A stretch of 64,000 nt of DNA from Geopsychrobacteraceae bacterium (GCA_963676795.2 CAXXTB010000001.1:192001-256000); one strand, 5' to 3'; shown: positions 31,301-40,515, counted from the first letter of the stretch. Notes: generated by a model from the letters alone, not told the origin. Translations and numbers: made by a program.

Positions 31301-31342
31301 GAAGGTGCGGTTTTTCAATGCAAATATCTGATTATTGGACAT
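28298..31342 (-). CDS. RND efflux permease (AcrB/AcrD/AcrF family)
   Basis: EDPTF, YPGA, ALGMLVDNAIVV, IKNAIVL, RIRPV. Start ATG 31342 chosen (TTG 31369 is possible). Confidence 0.92.
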   Translation of the reverse strand: MSNNQIFALKNRTFMLVMTILIIAAGLLAYKSLGRLEDPTFTIKTALIVTPYPGAGPATVAEEVTDPLEEVIQALGQVKQVYSTSQEGVSLIYVDIKDTYKSDQLPQIWDELRRKVGDAQLKLPPGAGPSMVNDDFGDVYGVFYALTGANYSNAELKDYADQLKNELLKCRDVAKIDIWGAQREAIYVEFRQARLSQLGLSPQLIAQTVQAQNLVRSSGKVHVGDDYIRIDPSGEFASEKQIADLLVGTAQGMVRLSDIAVIERNYLDPPGNMLRYQGQPAIGLGVSTIAGGNVILMGDAVRAKLVALEQSRPQGLELHPIYFQAREVTEASHTFVVNLLEAVAIVIVLLLLFMGWRSGLLIGAVLLLTILMTFAGMYVMDIDLQKVSLGALILALGMLVDNAIVVVDGTLVRMERGETVEAATQHTVRTTIWPLFGATLVAIFAFAAIGFSPGNVGEFCRSLFDVLAMSLFFSWILAITVTPLLCVWFLRIKPGQDAADPHHGRFYRAYRRFLHLALSHRWTVLLVTLVLLGLAVVGFNHVPKAFFPDSTQRYFFVDLWNSQGTHIEKTARDMARLDGYVRSLKGVKATTSFIGEGGLRFMLAYDYQIQNSSYAQLLVEVEDYHGIDARIAEIEKFIKEQLPQSAAMGKKIQNGPNTSFKIEARFRGPDGAVLKKLAAQVQQIIAENGGARDLRSDWRTPVKVLRPQFSEVQARFAGVSRSDLTTALQWHFNGVAGGLYREKNKLIPVLFRSVRQTGDTEDGFADIQVWSSLHRTFIPLSQVTAGIQEAQEDALIKRRDREPTVTVQCNPQSGLADAYLRQIRGAIEAIDLPDGYSLEWGGEYEDSRESQEPLARIFPLCILGMFVVLLWLFNSFRRPVIIMLTVPLSLIGVAAGLLLTGLPFGFMAILGFLGLSGMLIKNAIVLIDQIELELGNGVHPYQAVLDASVSRIRPVVMAAGTTILGMLPLVFDPFYSAMAATIMSGLFAATFLTLIVVPVMYSKVYKITAEKSYV

Positions 31343-31372
31343 GGTCTTCGTCTTATCTGAAAAAGGCAATTA

Positions 31373-32155
31373 CTACAGCTGCACCTCGGCCGTCATGCCC
31401 GGCAGGACAAGAATTTCACCAGGCGCCTTGAAACCGAAGCGCAATAAATAACTACGCGTCACCGGATCGGCTGCAGACTGCCACTCCACGAGTTTGGCAG
31501 CGATAGTCTGTCCCGGCTGACTGACCAGACGCACCTGTGCAGCCGTACCGCGCTGCAGTTGATAGCGGATGATCTCGTTCTCCGGAACCCGAATCTCCAC
31601 CTCCAGGCTGGAGATATCCTGCATCTCCATAACCACCCGCCCGGCGGCGATCATTTCAAAGTTCTCGACCTGCTGCTCGGTGACAACCCCGTCGAATGGA
31701 GCAAGTAACGAACAGTCCTGCAGATGATGACGGGCTATGCGCAGTTGCGCTTCAAGGCTCTTGACCCCGGCCGAGCTGGAAGAGAAAATACTCTGGGCCA
31801 GGTCGTAATCGGCACTGGCACTGACCTGTTGCTCGAACAGCGTCTGAGCCCGTTCGAAGTCCTTCTGCGCTTTCAGCTTCTGGGCTTTCGCTCCGGCCAG
31901 CTGGGCCTCCAGCACGTCAATCTGGTCAGCAAAATCGCGATTGTCGATCTGCATCAGCAGCTCCGCTTTGGTGACTTTATCACCCGGTTTTTTAGCAATC
32001 TTGACCAGGGGGCCACTGACCCTGAACGACAGCTTGGCCGTCTGGCAGGCCAGAATCGTCCCCGGGTAGCTACGCGGCTCGGCACTGGCCGACCCCGCCA
32101 CAAGGACCAGCAGAAGGGTCGGCAGCAGCAGGCAGGTCATAAATCCTCTATTCAT
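31373..32155 (-). CDS. RND periplasmic adaptor (short form)
   Basis: LSFRVSG lipoyl half, alpha-hairpin, LLAPFDG, ADPVTRSY, PGMTAEV; only 260 aa. Confidence 0.85.
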   Translation of the reverse strand: MNRGFMTCLLLPTLLLVLVAGSASAEPRSYPGTILACQTAKLSFRVSGPLVKIAKKPGDKVTKAELLMQIDNRDFADQIDVLEAQLAGAKAQKLKAQKDFERAQTLFEQQVSASADYDLAQSIFSSSSAGVKSLEAQLRIARHHLQDCSLLAPFDGVVTEQQVENFEMIAAGRVVMEMQDISSLEVEIRVPENEIIRYQLQRGTAAQVRLVSQPGQTIAAKLVEWQSAADPVTRSYLLRFGFKAPGEILVLPGMTAEVQL

Positions 32156-32798
32156 GATTTTTCCTTTCGGGCAGGCTGAACAGATTTAACGCCTGCTGAA
32201 TGCAGGTCTCGGTCAAACTGTTGATGTAGTTTTCGTCGTAAGCTGTCATCCCGGCTTGTTCGAGGATCAGCGGGCGATAGTCGATATGCAGCAGCAGAGG
32301 AGCTTCGATCAGCACCCGGTACTGAATCGCCTTGAGTCGATCGATCTGCGGATCGATCCGTTGAAAAAGGTTCAGAATGGCTTCCCCTTCAGGAATGATA
32401 AACACCTCTCTGAAGGTCTTCTGCAGATCGCTTTGCCGTTGCAGAAGAGAATGAACAATCCGGCAGTGCCAGTCGGGCACCTGCGGATCAAAAAGCAAGG
32501 CAATTTCACGTCTGATCAATTTAGTGATGGCTTCGGTCTGCCCGTCTCGGTTATCCAGATCGCAACCCCCAAGAGCATCCTCCAGCGGATTATTCAGCCA
32601 GGGCTCGACAACACGCACGACCACCGCCTCAAACAGCTGCTGCTTGCCACCGAAATGGTAATGAATACTACCGATGTTTTCTCCGCTCAACTCGGCGATC
32701 TGGCGGGTCGAAATCGCATCGAATCCGCTTTCGGCTGCCAGTCGGCCAGCAGCGTCGATCAACGCGTCACGGGTCTTTTCACTTTTTGAATAAGCCAT
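32148..32798 (-). CDS. TetR/AcrR-family regulator (CecR/CerR-like)
   Basis: TRDALIDAA..GF..STRQIA..SIHYHFGGK HTH; GGAGG RBS. Confidence 0.88.
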   Translation of the reverse strand: MAYSKSEKTRDALIDAAGRLAAESGFDAISTRQIAELSGENIGSIHYHFGGKQQLFEAVVVRVVEPWLNNPLEDALGGCDLDNRDGQTEAITKLIRREIALLFDPQVPDWHCRIVHSLLQRQSDLQKTFREVFIIPEGEAILNLFQRIDPQIDRLKAIQYRVLIEAPLLLHIDYRPLILEQAGMTAYDENYINSLTETCIQQALNLFSLPERKNHE

Positions 32799-32820
32799 TC
32801 ATACCTCCACAATCCCGGAC

Positions 32821-32860
32821 AATTTAATCAAGTGACTAGATTTAGTCAATCGATTAAATT
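32821..32860. promoter_or_regulatory. Tandem TetR-type operators
   Basis: 40-bp imperfect palindrome (34/40) built from two 18-bp palindromes, TTTAATCAAGTGACTAGA and TTTAGTCAATCGATTAAA, just upstream of tetR. Confidence 0.75.
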
Positions 32861-32875
32861 CTGACTTACCGGCAT

Positions 32876-32904
32876 AAAAAAAGCCCGACTCCAAGGAATC
32901 GGGC
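32876..32904 (-). terminator. Intrinsic terminator of the ABC importer operon
   Basis: Minus strand GCCCGATT-CCTTGG-AGTCGGGC followed by T7. Confidence 0.75.
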
Positions 32905-32946
32905 AAATGCATGTGTGGTGGGGAAGGTGTGGTTTGTTCAAAAAGC

Positions 32947-33002
32947 ACCCCCCTGCTCGCAAGCTCGCTTCCCCCCTATAACATAGGAGGGATTGAGGGG
33001 GG
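32947..33002 (-). repeat. Repeat family A, copy 3
   Basis: ACCCCCCTGCTCGCAAGCTCGCTTCCCCCCTATAACATAGGAGGGATTGAGGGGGG, 16 bp past the permease stop. Confidence 0.9.
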
Positions 33003-33018
33003 CCGTTTCCGGGTGAAG

Positions 33019-33969
33019 CTATTTGTATGCCCGTCGAGGAGAAAGGATCTCCAGTCCGGTCTTCTCGCGCAGGGTGCCCATAATCCCGCGTGGTGCAATG
33101 AGGATGACGACCACGGCAACCAGGCCGAGGATGATCATACTCATCCCCGGGAAGTTATACAGGTACTGGGTCAGCAGCACGTAGAGGATGGCGCCGATGA
33201 TCGGCCCTTCCATGGTGCCGATGCCGCCGATGATGACCATGAAGGTCATGGCCACGGTCCAGCTGATGCTGAACCCGGAGGAGGGCATGATGTAGCCCTG
33301 CATCATGTACATGACGCCGCCGGCCAGGCCGGTGATGAACGATGCGATCAGGTAGCATTTGAGCTTGGTGCGGAAGATCTCGACCCCCATGGTTTCGGCC
33401 GCCGAGATGTTGTCGCGCATACCCATCAGCGCCAGACCGATCTTGGTGCGCATCATGATGAAGACGACCAGCACGGCGCCCAGACCGAGAATCAGCGCGG
33501 TGAAGTAAATCTGAGTCGGGCTGATGCGGTAGACCGAGTTGATGCCGATCCCCTTGGCATACTTGACAAAGCTCCAGTTGGAAAAGGCAATGATCAGCGC
33601 CTCGGCGACGACCCAGGAGCCGATAGCGAAGTAAACGCCGCTCATCTTAAACAGTGCCGGTGAGATCACCAGCGCGAAGACCACCGAGATCACCGCGCCG
33701 ACCAGGATCGCCAGGTAGACGTTCATCCCGTAGGAGACCGAAAAGACCGCCAGCGAATAGCCGCCGATGCCGATGAACGACTGCATGCCCAGCGAGAGCA
33801 GGCCGGCATAACCGCCCATCAGGTTCCACATCTGGCCCATCGCCATGTAGATCAGGATCAGAGTCATGGTCGCCATCAGCGATTCACTGCCGACAAAGGG
33901 GACGGCAATCAGGGCAATAACAATGATGGCCGTAATAACAATATATTTAATCATCTGTTGTTTAAGCAT
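33019..33969 (-). CDS. HAAT/Liv-type ABC transporter permease (LivM-like)
   Basis: WNLMGGYAGLLSLG, GVYFAI, RDN..AAE..G, GGIGT.EGP. Confidence 0.9.
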   Translation of the reverse strand: MLKQQMIKYIVITAIIVIALIAVPFVGSESLMATMTLILIYMAMGQMWNLMGGYAGLLSLGMQSFIGIGGYSLAVFSVSYGMNVYLAILVGAVISVVFALVISPALFKMSGVYFAIGSWVVAEALIIAFSNWSFVKYAKGIGINSVYRISPTQIYFTALILGLGAVLVVFIMMRTKIGLALMGMRDNISAAETMGVEIFRTKLKCYLIASFITGLAGGVMYMMQGYIMPSSGFSISWTVAMTFMVIIGGIGTMEGPIIGAILYVLLTQYLYNFPGMSMIILGLVAVVVILIAPRGIMGTLREKTGLEILSPRRAYK

Positions 33970-33979
33970 GGCTTACCTC

Positions 33980-34843
33980 CTATTTCCGCGTTGCGGACGC
34001 AAACAGTCCGTTCGGCCGCAAGGCCAGAATGATCAGCAGCACGAGATAGGCGATCAGCATCTGCACCCCGGAGCCAAAGATATAACCACCGAGCAACTGG
34101 GAAACACCGAGGACGATGCCACCGGCCAGGGTGCCGATAACACTCCCCATCCCGCCGATAACCACGACCCCGAAGGCGATGATCAGGTACTGGGTGCCGC
34201 TCGACGGATAGAAGACGAAGGTCGAACCGATCAGGGTGCCGGCCAAAGCGGCGATGCCCAGTGCGATAACCATGGCATAGACGTAGGCGCGGCGGGTGTT
34301 GACCCCCATCAGCTCGGCGGCCATGGTGTCATTGGAAGTGGCACGGATCGAGCGGCCGAAGTTGGTCTTTTCCAGCACATAGTGCAGGCCGACGATGACG
34401 ATCACCCCGACGACGAAGCTGAACAGGTACATGGCTGAGATCGACAGTGCTTCCGTCGACAGCACGTTCATCTTGGCCAGCGGGTTGACGATGCTCTGGT
34501 TGTCAGCGCCAAAGATCTTGAGCAGCAGGTTGGAAAGGAAGATCGACACACCGAAGGTGACCAGCAGCGCCGGTTCGTCCCCCTTGTCGAGCACCCGGTT
34601 GACCAGGAAGTTCTGGATCACAAAGCCGACGACCAGCATGGCGACTATGGAAAGAATGGCGGAAGCCCAGATCGGAATCCCCATCCCTTTCATCAGGATC
34701 ATGGTGATGTAGGTGCCCAGGATCATCAGATCGCCGTGGGCGAGATTGGTCAGGCGCATGATCCCGAAAACCAGGGACATACCGACCCCTATGATGGCAT
34801 AGAGGCCTCCCAGCAGTACGCCTGTTACTATAACCTGTAACAT
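33980..34843 (-). CDS. HAAT/Liv-type ABC transporter permease (LivH-like)
   Basis: GGLYA..G.SLVFG...NLAHG, GRSIRA..AAELMG, GGMGS. Confidence 0.9.
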   Translation of the reverse strand: MLQVIVTGVLLGGLYAIIGVGMSLVFGIMRLTNLAHGDLMILGTYITMILMKGMGIPIWASAILSIVAMLVVGFVIQNFLVNRVLDKGDEPALLVTFGVSIFLSNLLLKIFGADNQSIVNPLAKMNVLSTEALSISAMYLFSFVVGVIVIVGLHYVLEKTNFGRSIRATSNDTMAAELMGVNTRRAYVYAMVIALGIAALAGTLIGSTFVFYPSSGTQYLIIAFGVVVIGGMGSVIGTLAGGIVLGVSQLLGGYIFGSGVQMLIAYLVLLIILALRPNGLFASATRK

Positions 34844-34858
34844 GTGAAGTCCTCCTTG

Positions 34859-35590
34859 TTACGCAAACTTGTTCATGCCGAAATAGGCGTCGTTAACTTC
34901 ATTGATATCAAGCTCGGCGCTCTTGCCTTCCATGACGATACGCCCTTCAAGAACCACATAGGCGTAGTCGGAATGCTTAAGACTGCGGGTGACATCCTGC
35001 TCGACCAGCAGCAGGGTCAGCCCCTGCTCGTTGATCTCCTTGATCTTGGCGTAGATGTCCTTGATGATGACCGGCGCAAGGCCTAAAGAGACCTCATCGA
35101 GCAGCAGCATCTTCGGCTCGGCCATGATCGCCCGGCCGATCGCCAGCATCTGGCGTTGCCCGCCGGAAAGAAAAGAGGCGAGCTGGTTCTGCTTTTCTTT
35201 GAGGATCGGGAACAGGTGATAGATCTTCTCCAGCTGCTCCATGCGCTCCCTGTTGCTCTTGGCCAGAAATGCGCCCATCAATAAGTTGTCGCGGATGGTC
35301 ATCTTTTCAAAGGTATGGCTTCCTTCCGGACTCATGGTCAGGCCCATCGAGACGATCTTACTTGTCCGGGTGCCGGTGATGTCCTGGCCCATGAACTGGA
35401 CCGACCCTTTTTTCGGCTTGTTGATCCCGACTATGGTCTTCATGATCGTCGATTTGCCGGCCCCGTTGGCGCCGATGATCGAAACGACTGAGCCCTGCTT
35501 GATCGACAGGGAGATATCGTGGACGGCTTCAAAGTCATGGTAGGCGACATCAAGGTTTTTGACTTCGAGCATAACCTGATCTTTCATCAC
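34859..35590 (-). CDS. ABC ATPase (LivF-like)
   Basis: GANGAGKS, LSGGQRQM, LLLDE.SLGLAP, VEQ. Confidence 0.92.
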   Translation of the reverse strand: MMKDQVMLEVKNLDVAYHDFEAVHDISLSIKQGSVVSIIGANGAGKSTIMKTIVGINKPKKGSVQFMGQDITGTRTSKIVSMGLTMSPEGSHTFEKMTIRDNLLMGAFLAKSNRERMEQLEKIYHLFPILKEKQNQLASFLSGGQRQMLAIGRAIMAEPKMLLLDEVSLGLAPVIIKDIYAKIKEINEQGLTLLLVEQDVTRSLKHSDYAYVVLEGRIVMEGKSAELDINEVNDAYFGMNKFA

Positions 35591-36309
35591 TCTTCACCTC
35601 CCATATAGACGCGGGCGACCTCGTCCGAATTCATAACATCGTGCGGCTTGCCGCAGATGATGTCCTCGCCGTCGGCGAGACAAAGCACCCGGTTGGTTCC
35701 CTCTAACATGGTCTTGATGATGTGCTCAATCCAGATGACGCTGACCCCCTGGCTCTGAACCATCTTGACCAGCTGGATGATGCTTTCGACCTCCGACTCG
35801 GTCAGGCCACCGCCGACCTCGTCAAGCAGCAGTATCTTCGGGTTGGTCGCAAGAGCGCGGCCAATCTCGAGACGCTTGCGGTCGAGCAGGCCGAGTTTTC
35901 CGGCGAACCAGGTCATCTTGTTGTCAAGACCGATGGTCTTGCCGACTTCCTTGGCCCGGACCTTGGCGTCCCTTTCCGACAGGCCGTCGCCGTAGACGCC
36001 GCCGAGAATGATATTTTCAAAAACCGTCATCTGCTCAAACGGCCGCGGAACCTGAAAGGTCCGGCCGATTCCGGCCCGGCAACGGCTGGTGATATCGTCT
36101 TTGGTGATATCCTTCCCCTCTAAGGTGACCGATCCGTTGGTTGGCTTGAGAATCCCGGTCAGGATATTCAACATAACTGTTTTTCCGGCCCCGTTCGGGC
36201 CGATAACCCCTAAGACCTCATTCTTGTCCAGCGTGAAATTCACCGATTTCAACACGTGGTTGCTGCCGAATGAGATACCGAGGTCTTCGACTTTGAGTAT
36301 CGCGCTCAC
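35587..36309 (-). CDS. ABC ATPase (LivG-like)
   Basis: GPNGAGKT, RTFQ, LLLDE, IEH. GTG start. Confidence 0.92.
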   Translation of the reverse strand: MSAILKVEDLGISFGSNHVLKSVNFTLDKNEVLGVIGPNGAGKTVMLNILTGILKPTNGSVTLEGKDITKDDITSRCRAGIGRTFQVPRPFEQMTVFENIILGGVYGDGLSERDAKVRAKEVGKTIGLDNKMTWFAGKLGLLDRKRLEIGRALATNPKILLLDEVGGGLTESEVESIIQLVKMVQSQGVSVIWIEHIIKTMLEGTNRVLCLADGEDIICGKPHDVMNSDEVARVYMGGEE

Positions 36310-36377
36310 TGTTCTTCATCTCCTGAAATCCACTGGTGTCAAAACCAGCAAGGTGTGTCCATGGGCCGATGGGTTCC

Positions 36378-36408
36378 GGCCGACTGCCAGAGAAATTGGC
36401 AGTCGGCC
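36378..36408. other. Intercistronic hairpin downstream of the solute-binding protein gene
   Basis: GGCCGACTGCCA-N7-TGGCAGTCGGCC 12-bp perfect stem with no U tract. Likely mRNA stabiliser (inference). Confidence 0.6.
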
Positions 36409-36441
36409 GCCCCACGAACCGGGTGCTGTGCGGATGAAGGT

Positions 36442-37710
36442 TTACTTCTGGGTGGTCCCTGGAATGATCTTGATTTCAGCGGTCACAGGCAGCTCAGGAA
36501 TCTGGGTGTTGGCGATGATTTCCTGCTTCCAGCTGCCGTCAGCCTGCATGACCCACTGGCCGGTGACCAGAGCCTGGACAGAAGCATGGCGGTCGTCGTA
36601 CTTGACATGACCGACGCAGGTGTTCAGATCGGTCGCGGCAGCGGCCTTGACGATCTTGTCGGTATCAAGAGACTTGGCACGGGTCAGGATATCGACCAGC
36701 AGTTCGACGTTGGCGTGCTTGTAACCGACGGTCGCTGGAGGATTGGTGCCGAATTTTTCGGTCCACATGGCGCCCAGCTGCTGAGCGTTCTGGCCGGTCA
36801 GGGAAGAGACGTAAGGATGGTTCGGGGTCCACCAGACTTCAGAGATAACGCCGTCACCCAGACCTTCGCCGATCGCGTTGACGTCGGCTTCAAACAGGGT
36901 CGCTTTGGCGATGGTGGTGACTTTAGGCACGTAGCTCTGCTGGTGGCACTGCTTCCAGAAGGTGGCGAAGTCAGGGGTGATCATGACACCGACGATAACG
37001 TCACAGCCTTCTTTTTTGAGTTCCTTGATGATGGAGGTATAGTCGGAGCTGCCGGTGGTGTAGCGGCCCGGATCGACAACTTCATAGCCACGAGCGTTGG
37101 CGGCTGCCTTGATGGCGCCGGCGATTTCAATCCCCTCTGCGTCGTTGGCGGCGAGCAGGCCGACCTTCTTGTTGGTCGTGGTCAGGTCCCAGGCGTCGAT
37201 GAAGCAGTCGAGCTCGTTCTTGGTGTTGAAGAAGGCATGGAAAGAGTTGTAGTAAGGACCGCCGTCAAGCCAGGCGTCGACTGGGGCATCGACCGAGATA
37301 CAGGCTTTTCCGTAACGCTCACAGGCTGCCGAAACCGGGTTAACGGTGTCGACGGTGTGGGAGACGATCATGACATCGACCTTGTCCTTGGTGATCAGCT
37401 TGGTGGCCGCTTCAGAAGCCTTGGTCGGGTTACTTTCAGAATCGGCAATGATGAACTTGAGAGGCAGTTTCTTGCCGACCTCCTCAACATAAATACCGCC
37501 TTCTGCGTTGATCTTTTCGACCGCTTTTTCCTCCATGAACGGAGTGCCCTGGCCAAAGGATGCCAGTGGACCGGTCAACGGGGCGACACGCCCGACCAGG
37601 ATGTACTCCTTGGCCTTCTTGGCGTAGACGGTGGTTCCGGAAAGGGTGGCAACCATCAAGGTTGCCAGGGCGATGCCTAACAGTTTGAATGTTCTACGTT
37701 TCACGTTCAT
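36442..37710 (-). CDS. HAAT-family ABC substrate-binding protein
   Basis: Signal peptide, PLTGPLASFG, IN..GG, DSES.P; GAGGAG RBS. Confidence 0.88.
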   Translation of the reverse strand: MNVKRRTFKLLGIALATLMVATLSGTTVYAKKAKEYILVGRVAPLTGPLASFGQGTPFMEEKAVEKINAEGGIYVEEVGKKLPLKFIIADSESNPTKASEAATKLITKDKVDVMIVSHTVDTVNPVSAACERYGKACISVDAPVDAWLDGGPYYNSFHAFFNTKNELDCFIDAWDLTTTNKKVGLLAANDAEGIEIAGAIKAAANARGYEVVDPGRYTTGSSDYTSIIKELKKEGCDVIVGVMITPDFATFWKQCHQQSYVPKVTTIAKATLFEADVNAIGEGLGDGVISEVWWTPNHPYVSSLTGQNAQQLGAMWTEKFGTNPPATVGYKHANVELLVDILTRAKSLDTDKIVKAAAATDLNTCVGHVKYDDRHASVQALVTGQWVMQADGSWKQEIIANTQIPELPVTAEIKIIPGTTQK

Positions 37711-38141
37711 TTCTCCTCAATCTAACTTAGTTTTACCTGCTATTAAAAGCTGCCCGGGATGGACAGTTCCCCACAATCGTTAGCATCAGAAGTAAATCTT
37801 ACTTATATTTGGCAAATGAAAACCAAACAGAGAAGAGTGGCAGTGGTCTCCATTGGCCATCACAGTATGTAAATCCCTCATATCACGTAGAAATATTTTG
37901 GAACAATCGGTTTTACTCGACCTTTACAATTCCTTTACATTAGCGATCGCAAATCATTAAGACGATAACAGTAAGAGCGAGGCAAAATGCACTTTTAAAC
38001 GAAATACTGGACATTTACAGACTCCAACCTTCTTCGTTAGTTTTTGCTAATTTTTTTCGATCCTGAACCGACCATCATCACATCACGTTGACATATTTTG
38101 ATTTTCCATATATATACCTTTACGAATTTAATGAGACCCAT

Positions 38142-38810
38142 ATGTCATCACACAAAAAAACATCCCCCAAAGTGGCAGGCTACAAGTGGATCCTGGCCTT
38201 GATCATGATCATCGTTCTGGCCTTCGGCTGGGAATTCCCGCTGCTCGGCTTTATTGTCCCGGTCGCCATGCTGACCGGCATCATCGGTAGTTTCTTCCGT
38301 GGCCGCTGGGTCTGCGGCAACCTCTGCCCACGGGGCAGCTTTCTCGACAGCTGGTTCGGTCTGATCGCCGCAAAGAAGAAAATGCCGGCTCTGTTCAGAA
38401 AAAAGTCCTTCCGCTGGACCCTGCTGGTCGCACTGATGGGATTCATGGCCTTTCGCCTCAGCCAGAATATCGGCAGTGTCAATCACTGGGGGCTGGTTTT
38501 CTGGCAGATGTGCCTGATTACAACTATTGCCGGCGTCTTCCTTGGCTTGCGCTATTCAGCGCGCAGCTGGTGTGGCATCTGCCCGGTCGGCACCATGGCG
38601 GGGACGATCGGCGGAAATAAATACAGCCTGCAGGTCGATGCTTCCTGCAAGGCCTGTGGCCTGTGTGAATCGAGCTGCCCCATGCGACTGAACATCGCCA
38701 GCTATCGCGGCCAGGAGAGCCAGAAAGAAATGGACTGCATCAAGTGTGGTGTCTGTCACGATATATGTCCGCAAAACGTCCTGAGCTGGCCAGAAAAGAA
38801 AGCCGCCTGA
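38142..38810 (+). CDS. Membrane 4Fe-4S binding protein (NapH/MauN/YccM-like)
   Basis: Two CxxxCP motifs (CGNLCP, CGICP) in the TM region plus two ferredoxin motifs CxxCxxCxxxCP. TTGACA at 38088. Confidence 0.85.
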   Translation: MSSHKKTSPKVAGYKWILALIMIIVLAFGWEFPLLGFIVPVAMLTGIIGSFFRGRWVCGNLCPRGSFLDSWFGLIAAKKKMPALFRKKSFRWTLLVALMGFMAFRLSQNIGSVNHWGLVFWQMCLITTIAGVFLGLRYSARSWCGICPVGTMAGTIGGNKYSLQVDASCKACGLCESSCPMRLNIASYRGQESQKEMDCIKCGVCHDICPQNVLSWPEKKAA

Positions 38811-38819
38811 AACAGATTT

Positions 38820-38852
38820 GCCCTCAAGACAGAGAATAGCTGTCTTGAGGGC
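38820..38852. terminator. Strong hairpin after the 4Fe-4S gene
   Basis: GCCCTCAAGACAG-N7-CTGTCTTGAGGGC 13-bp perfect stem; weak U tract. Confidence 0.6.
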
Positions 38853-39241
38853 GATACCATCTATTCCCATCTAACCAACAGCTAAGAATCGTTAGCCCTT
38901 CATTCAGGCGGCTTGTTTACATTATTTTATTAGGGGCTGAGGAAGAAGAGAGCTGAAAGCAGACCATCCAACTTGGCGTCACGCATATCTGGACGGTTTG
39001 CATCTGTTCATTTGGACATTGCCTGATCAGGCAGGATGCTTTAAATAGGGTAAGCTTCTAAAAGAGGCTTCTCAGCGGCAGACCAGACAGCAGAGATTTT
39101 CCTCACCGGAAAAATCGCCAGTTCTGTTGAACTGACTGCTGCCGTAGACTGGTCGTCACCTCCTCCTCAGCTCAACATAAGATGACAAACAGAGCAGAAT
39201 TGTTCTATTTGCATGAGCTTTAGCTCTTTCGGAGCAAACCA

Positions 39242-40474
39242 ATGTCCGTATCCATAAAAAAAAATTCATCGCCAAAGGGCCTGCGCCTGGTTCTGATCCT
39301 TGGTGCCATGACGGCTTTCACATCCATGTCGATCGATATGTACCTGCCGGGCTTTCCGCAGATGGCCGAAGATCTGGGTGTCCCGATCGGTACGATCCAG
39401 CTGACCGTGTCGGCGTTTCTCTACGGTTCGGCGATCGGCCAGATCTTCTATGGCCCGTTGACCGACCGCTACGGCCGCCGGTTACCGCTGCTGGTCGGTT
39501 CGGCGCTCTACATCATCTCGACCATTGGCTGTGCGCTTGCCAATTCAGGCGAAGCGTTGCTCTTCTGGCGCCTGGTCATGGCCCTTGGTGGCGGAGCAGG
39601 CATGGTCATTTCCCGGGCCATCGTCCGCGATCTTTACACCACCGCGGAAGCGGCGCGGATGTTTTCATTGCTGATGCTGGTCATGGGTGCAGCACCGATT
39701 TTGGCTCCTTTGGTCGGCGGCCAGGTCCTGCTGTTCGGCGGCTGGCGGGGAATTTTCTTCTGCCTGACGATCTTCGGTGTGCTCTGTTTTGGCGCCGTTG
39801 CCAAATATCTCCCCGAATCCCTACCGGAAGACCGCCGCATTAAACAGAGCCTGCCTCAGCTGGTGGGGCTTTACGGACAATTATTGCAGCACGGACAATA
39901 TCTCTGCTATTCAATCGGCCTGGGCTGTATATCGGGAATGACATTCTCCTATATCGCCGGTTCACCTTTTCTGTTCATCAACCTGCATGACATCTCCCCG
40001 CAGCATTTCAGCCTGTTTTTCGGTGTCAACGCCCTTGGTCTGATCGGCTCCTCGCAACTGAACCGCAAGCTGTTAAGCCACTACGCTACGAAAGAGATTC
40101 TCAGAGGCGGGCTGATGATCAACCTGGCCTCCGGCATCATCCTGCTGCTCTCGGTCTTCACCGCTTTCGGAGGCTTTCCGCTGCAGGTTATCTGCCTGTT
40201 TGTCAACGTCGCCTCGATGGGCCTGCTCTATCCGAATATCACCGCCCTGGCGCTGGCCCCTTTTAAAAAGATGGCCGGCAGCGCTTCATCACTGATGGGG
40301 ACTATCCAGTACCTGATCGGCGCCACTTGCGGCGGCCTGATCGGCCTGCTGCAGAACGGCACCGCCATCCCGATGGCCGCGGTCATGACCGGCTGCGCTA
40401 TCGCTGCCCTGTTCTTTGCCGTCGTTCTCGCCGATTTCTTCGAACCCCTCAAAACAGGCAGTCGGATTCCCTGA
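39242..40474 (+). CDS. Bcr/CflA-family MFS efflux transporter
   Basis: SIDMYLPG.P, GPLTDRYGRR, RAIVRD, APILAP, AGSAS. Confidence 0.92.
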   Translation: MSVSIKKNSSPKGLRLVLILGAMTAFTSMSIDMYLPGFPQMAEDLGVPIGTIQLTVSAFLYGSAIGQIFYGPLTDRYGRRLPLLVGSALYIISTIGCALANSGEALLFWRLVMALGGGAGMVISRAIVRDLYTTAEAARMFSLLMLVMGAAPILAPLVGGQVLLFGGWRGIFFCLTIFGVLCFGAVAKYLPESLPEDRRIKQSLPQLVGLYGQLLQHGQYLCYSIGLGCISGMTFSYIAGSPFLFINLHDISPQHFSLFFGVNALGLIGSSQLNRKLLSHYATKEILRGGLMINLASGIILLLSVFTAFGGFPLQVICLFVNVASMGLLYPNITALALAPFKKMAGSASSLMGTIQYLIGATCGGLIGLLQNGTAIPMAAVMTGCAIAALFFAVVLADFFEPLKTGSRIP

Positions 40475-40515
40475 CCATATTCTAGATTCACTTTTTAAAA
40501 ATCATCGAGAAATGA

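Noticed and set aside
36355..37680. 441-aa + strand ORF
   Set aside because: Antisense shadow of the ABC substrate-binding gene, explained by high-GC3 codon bias.
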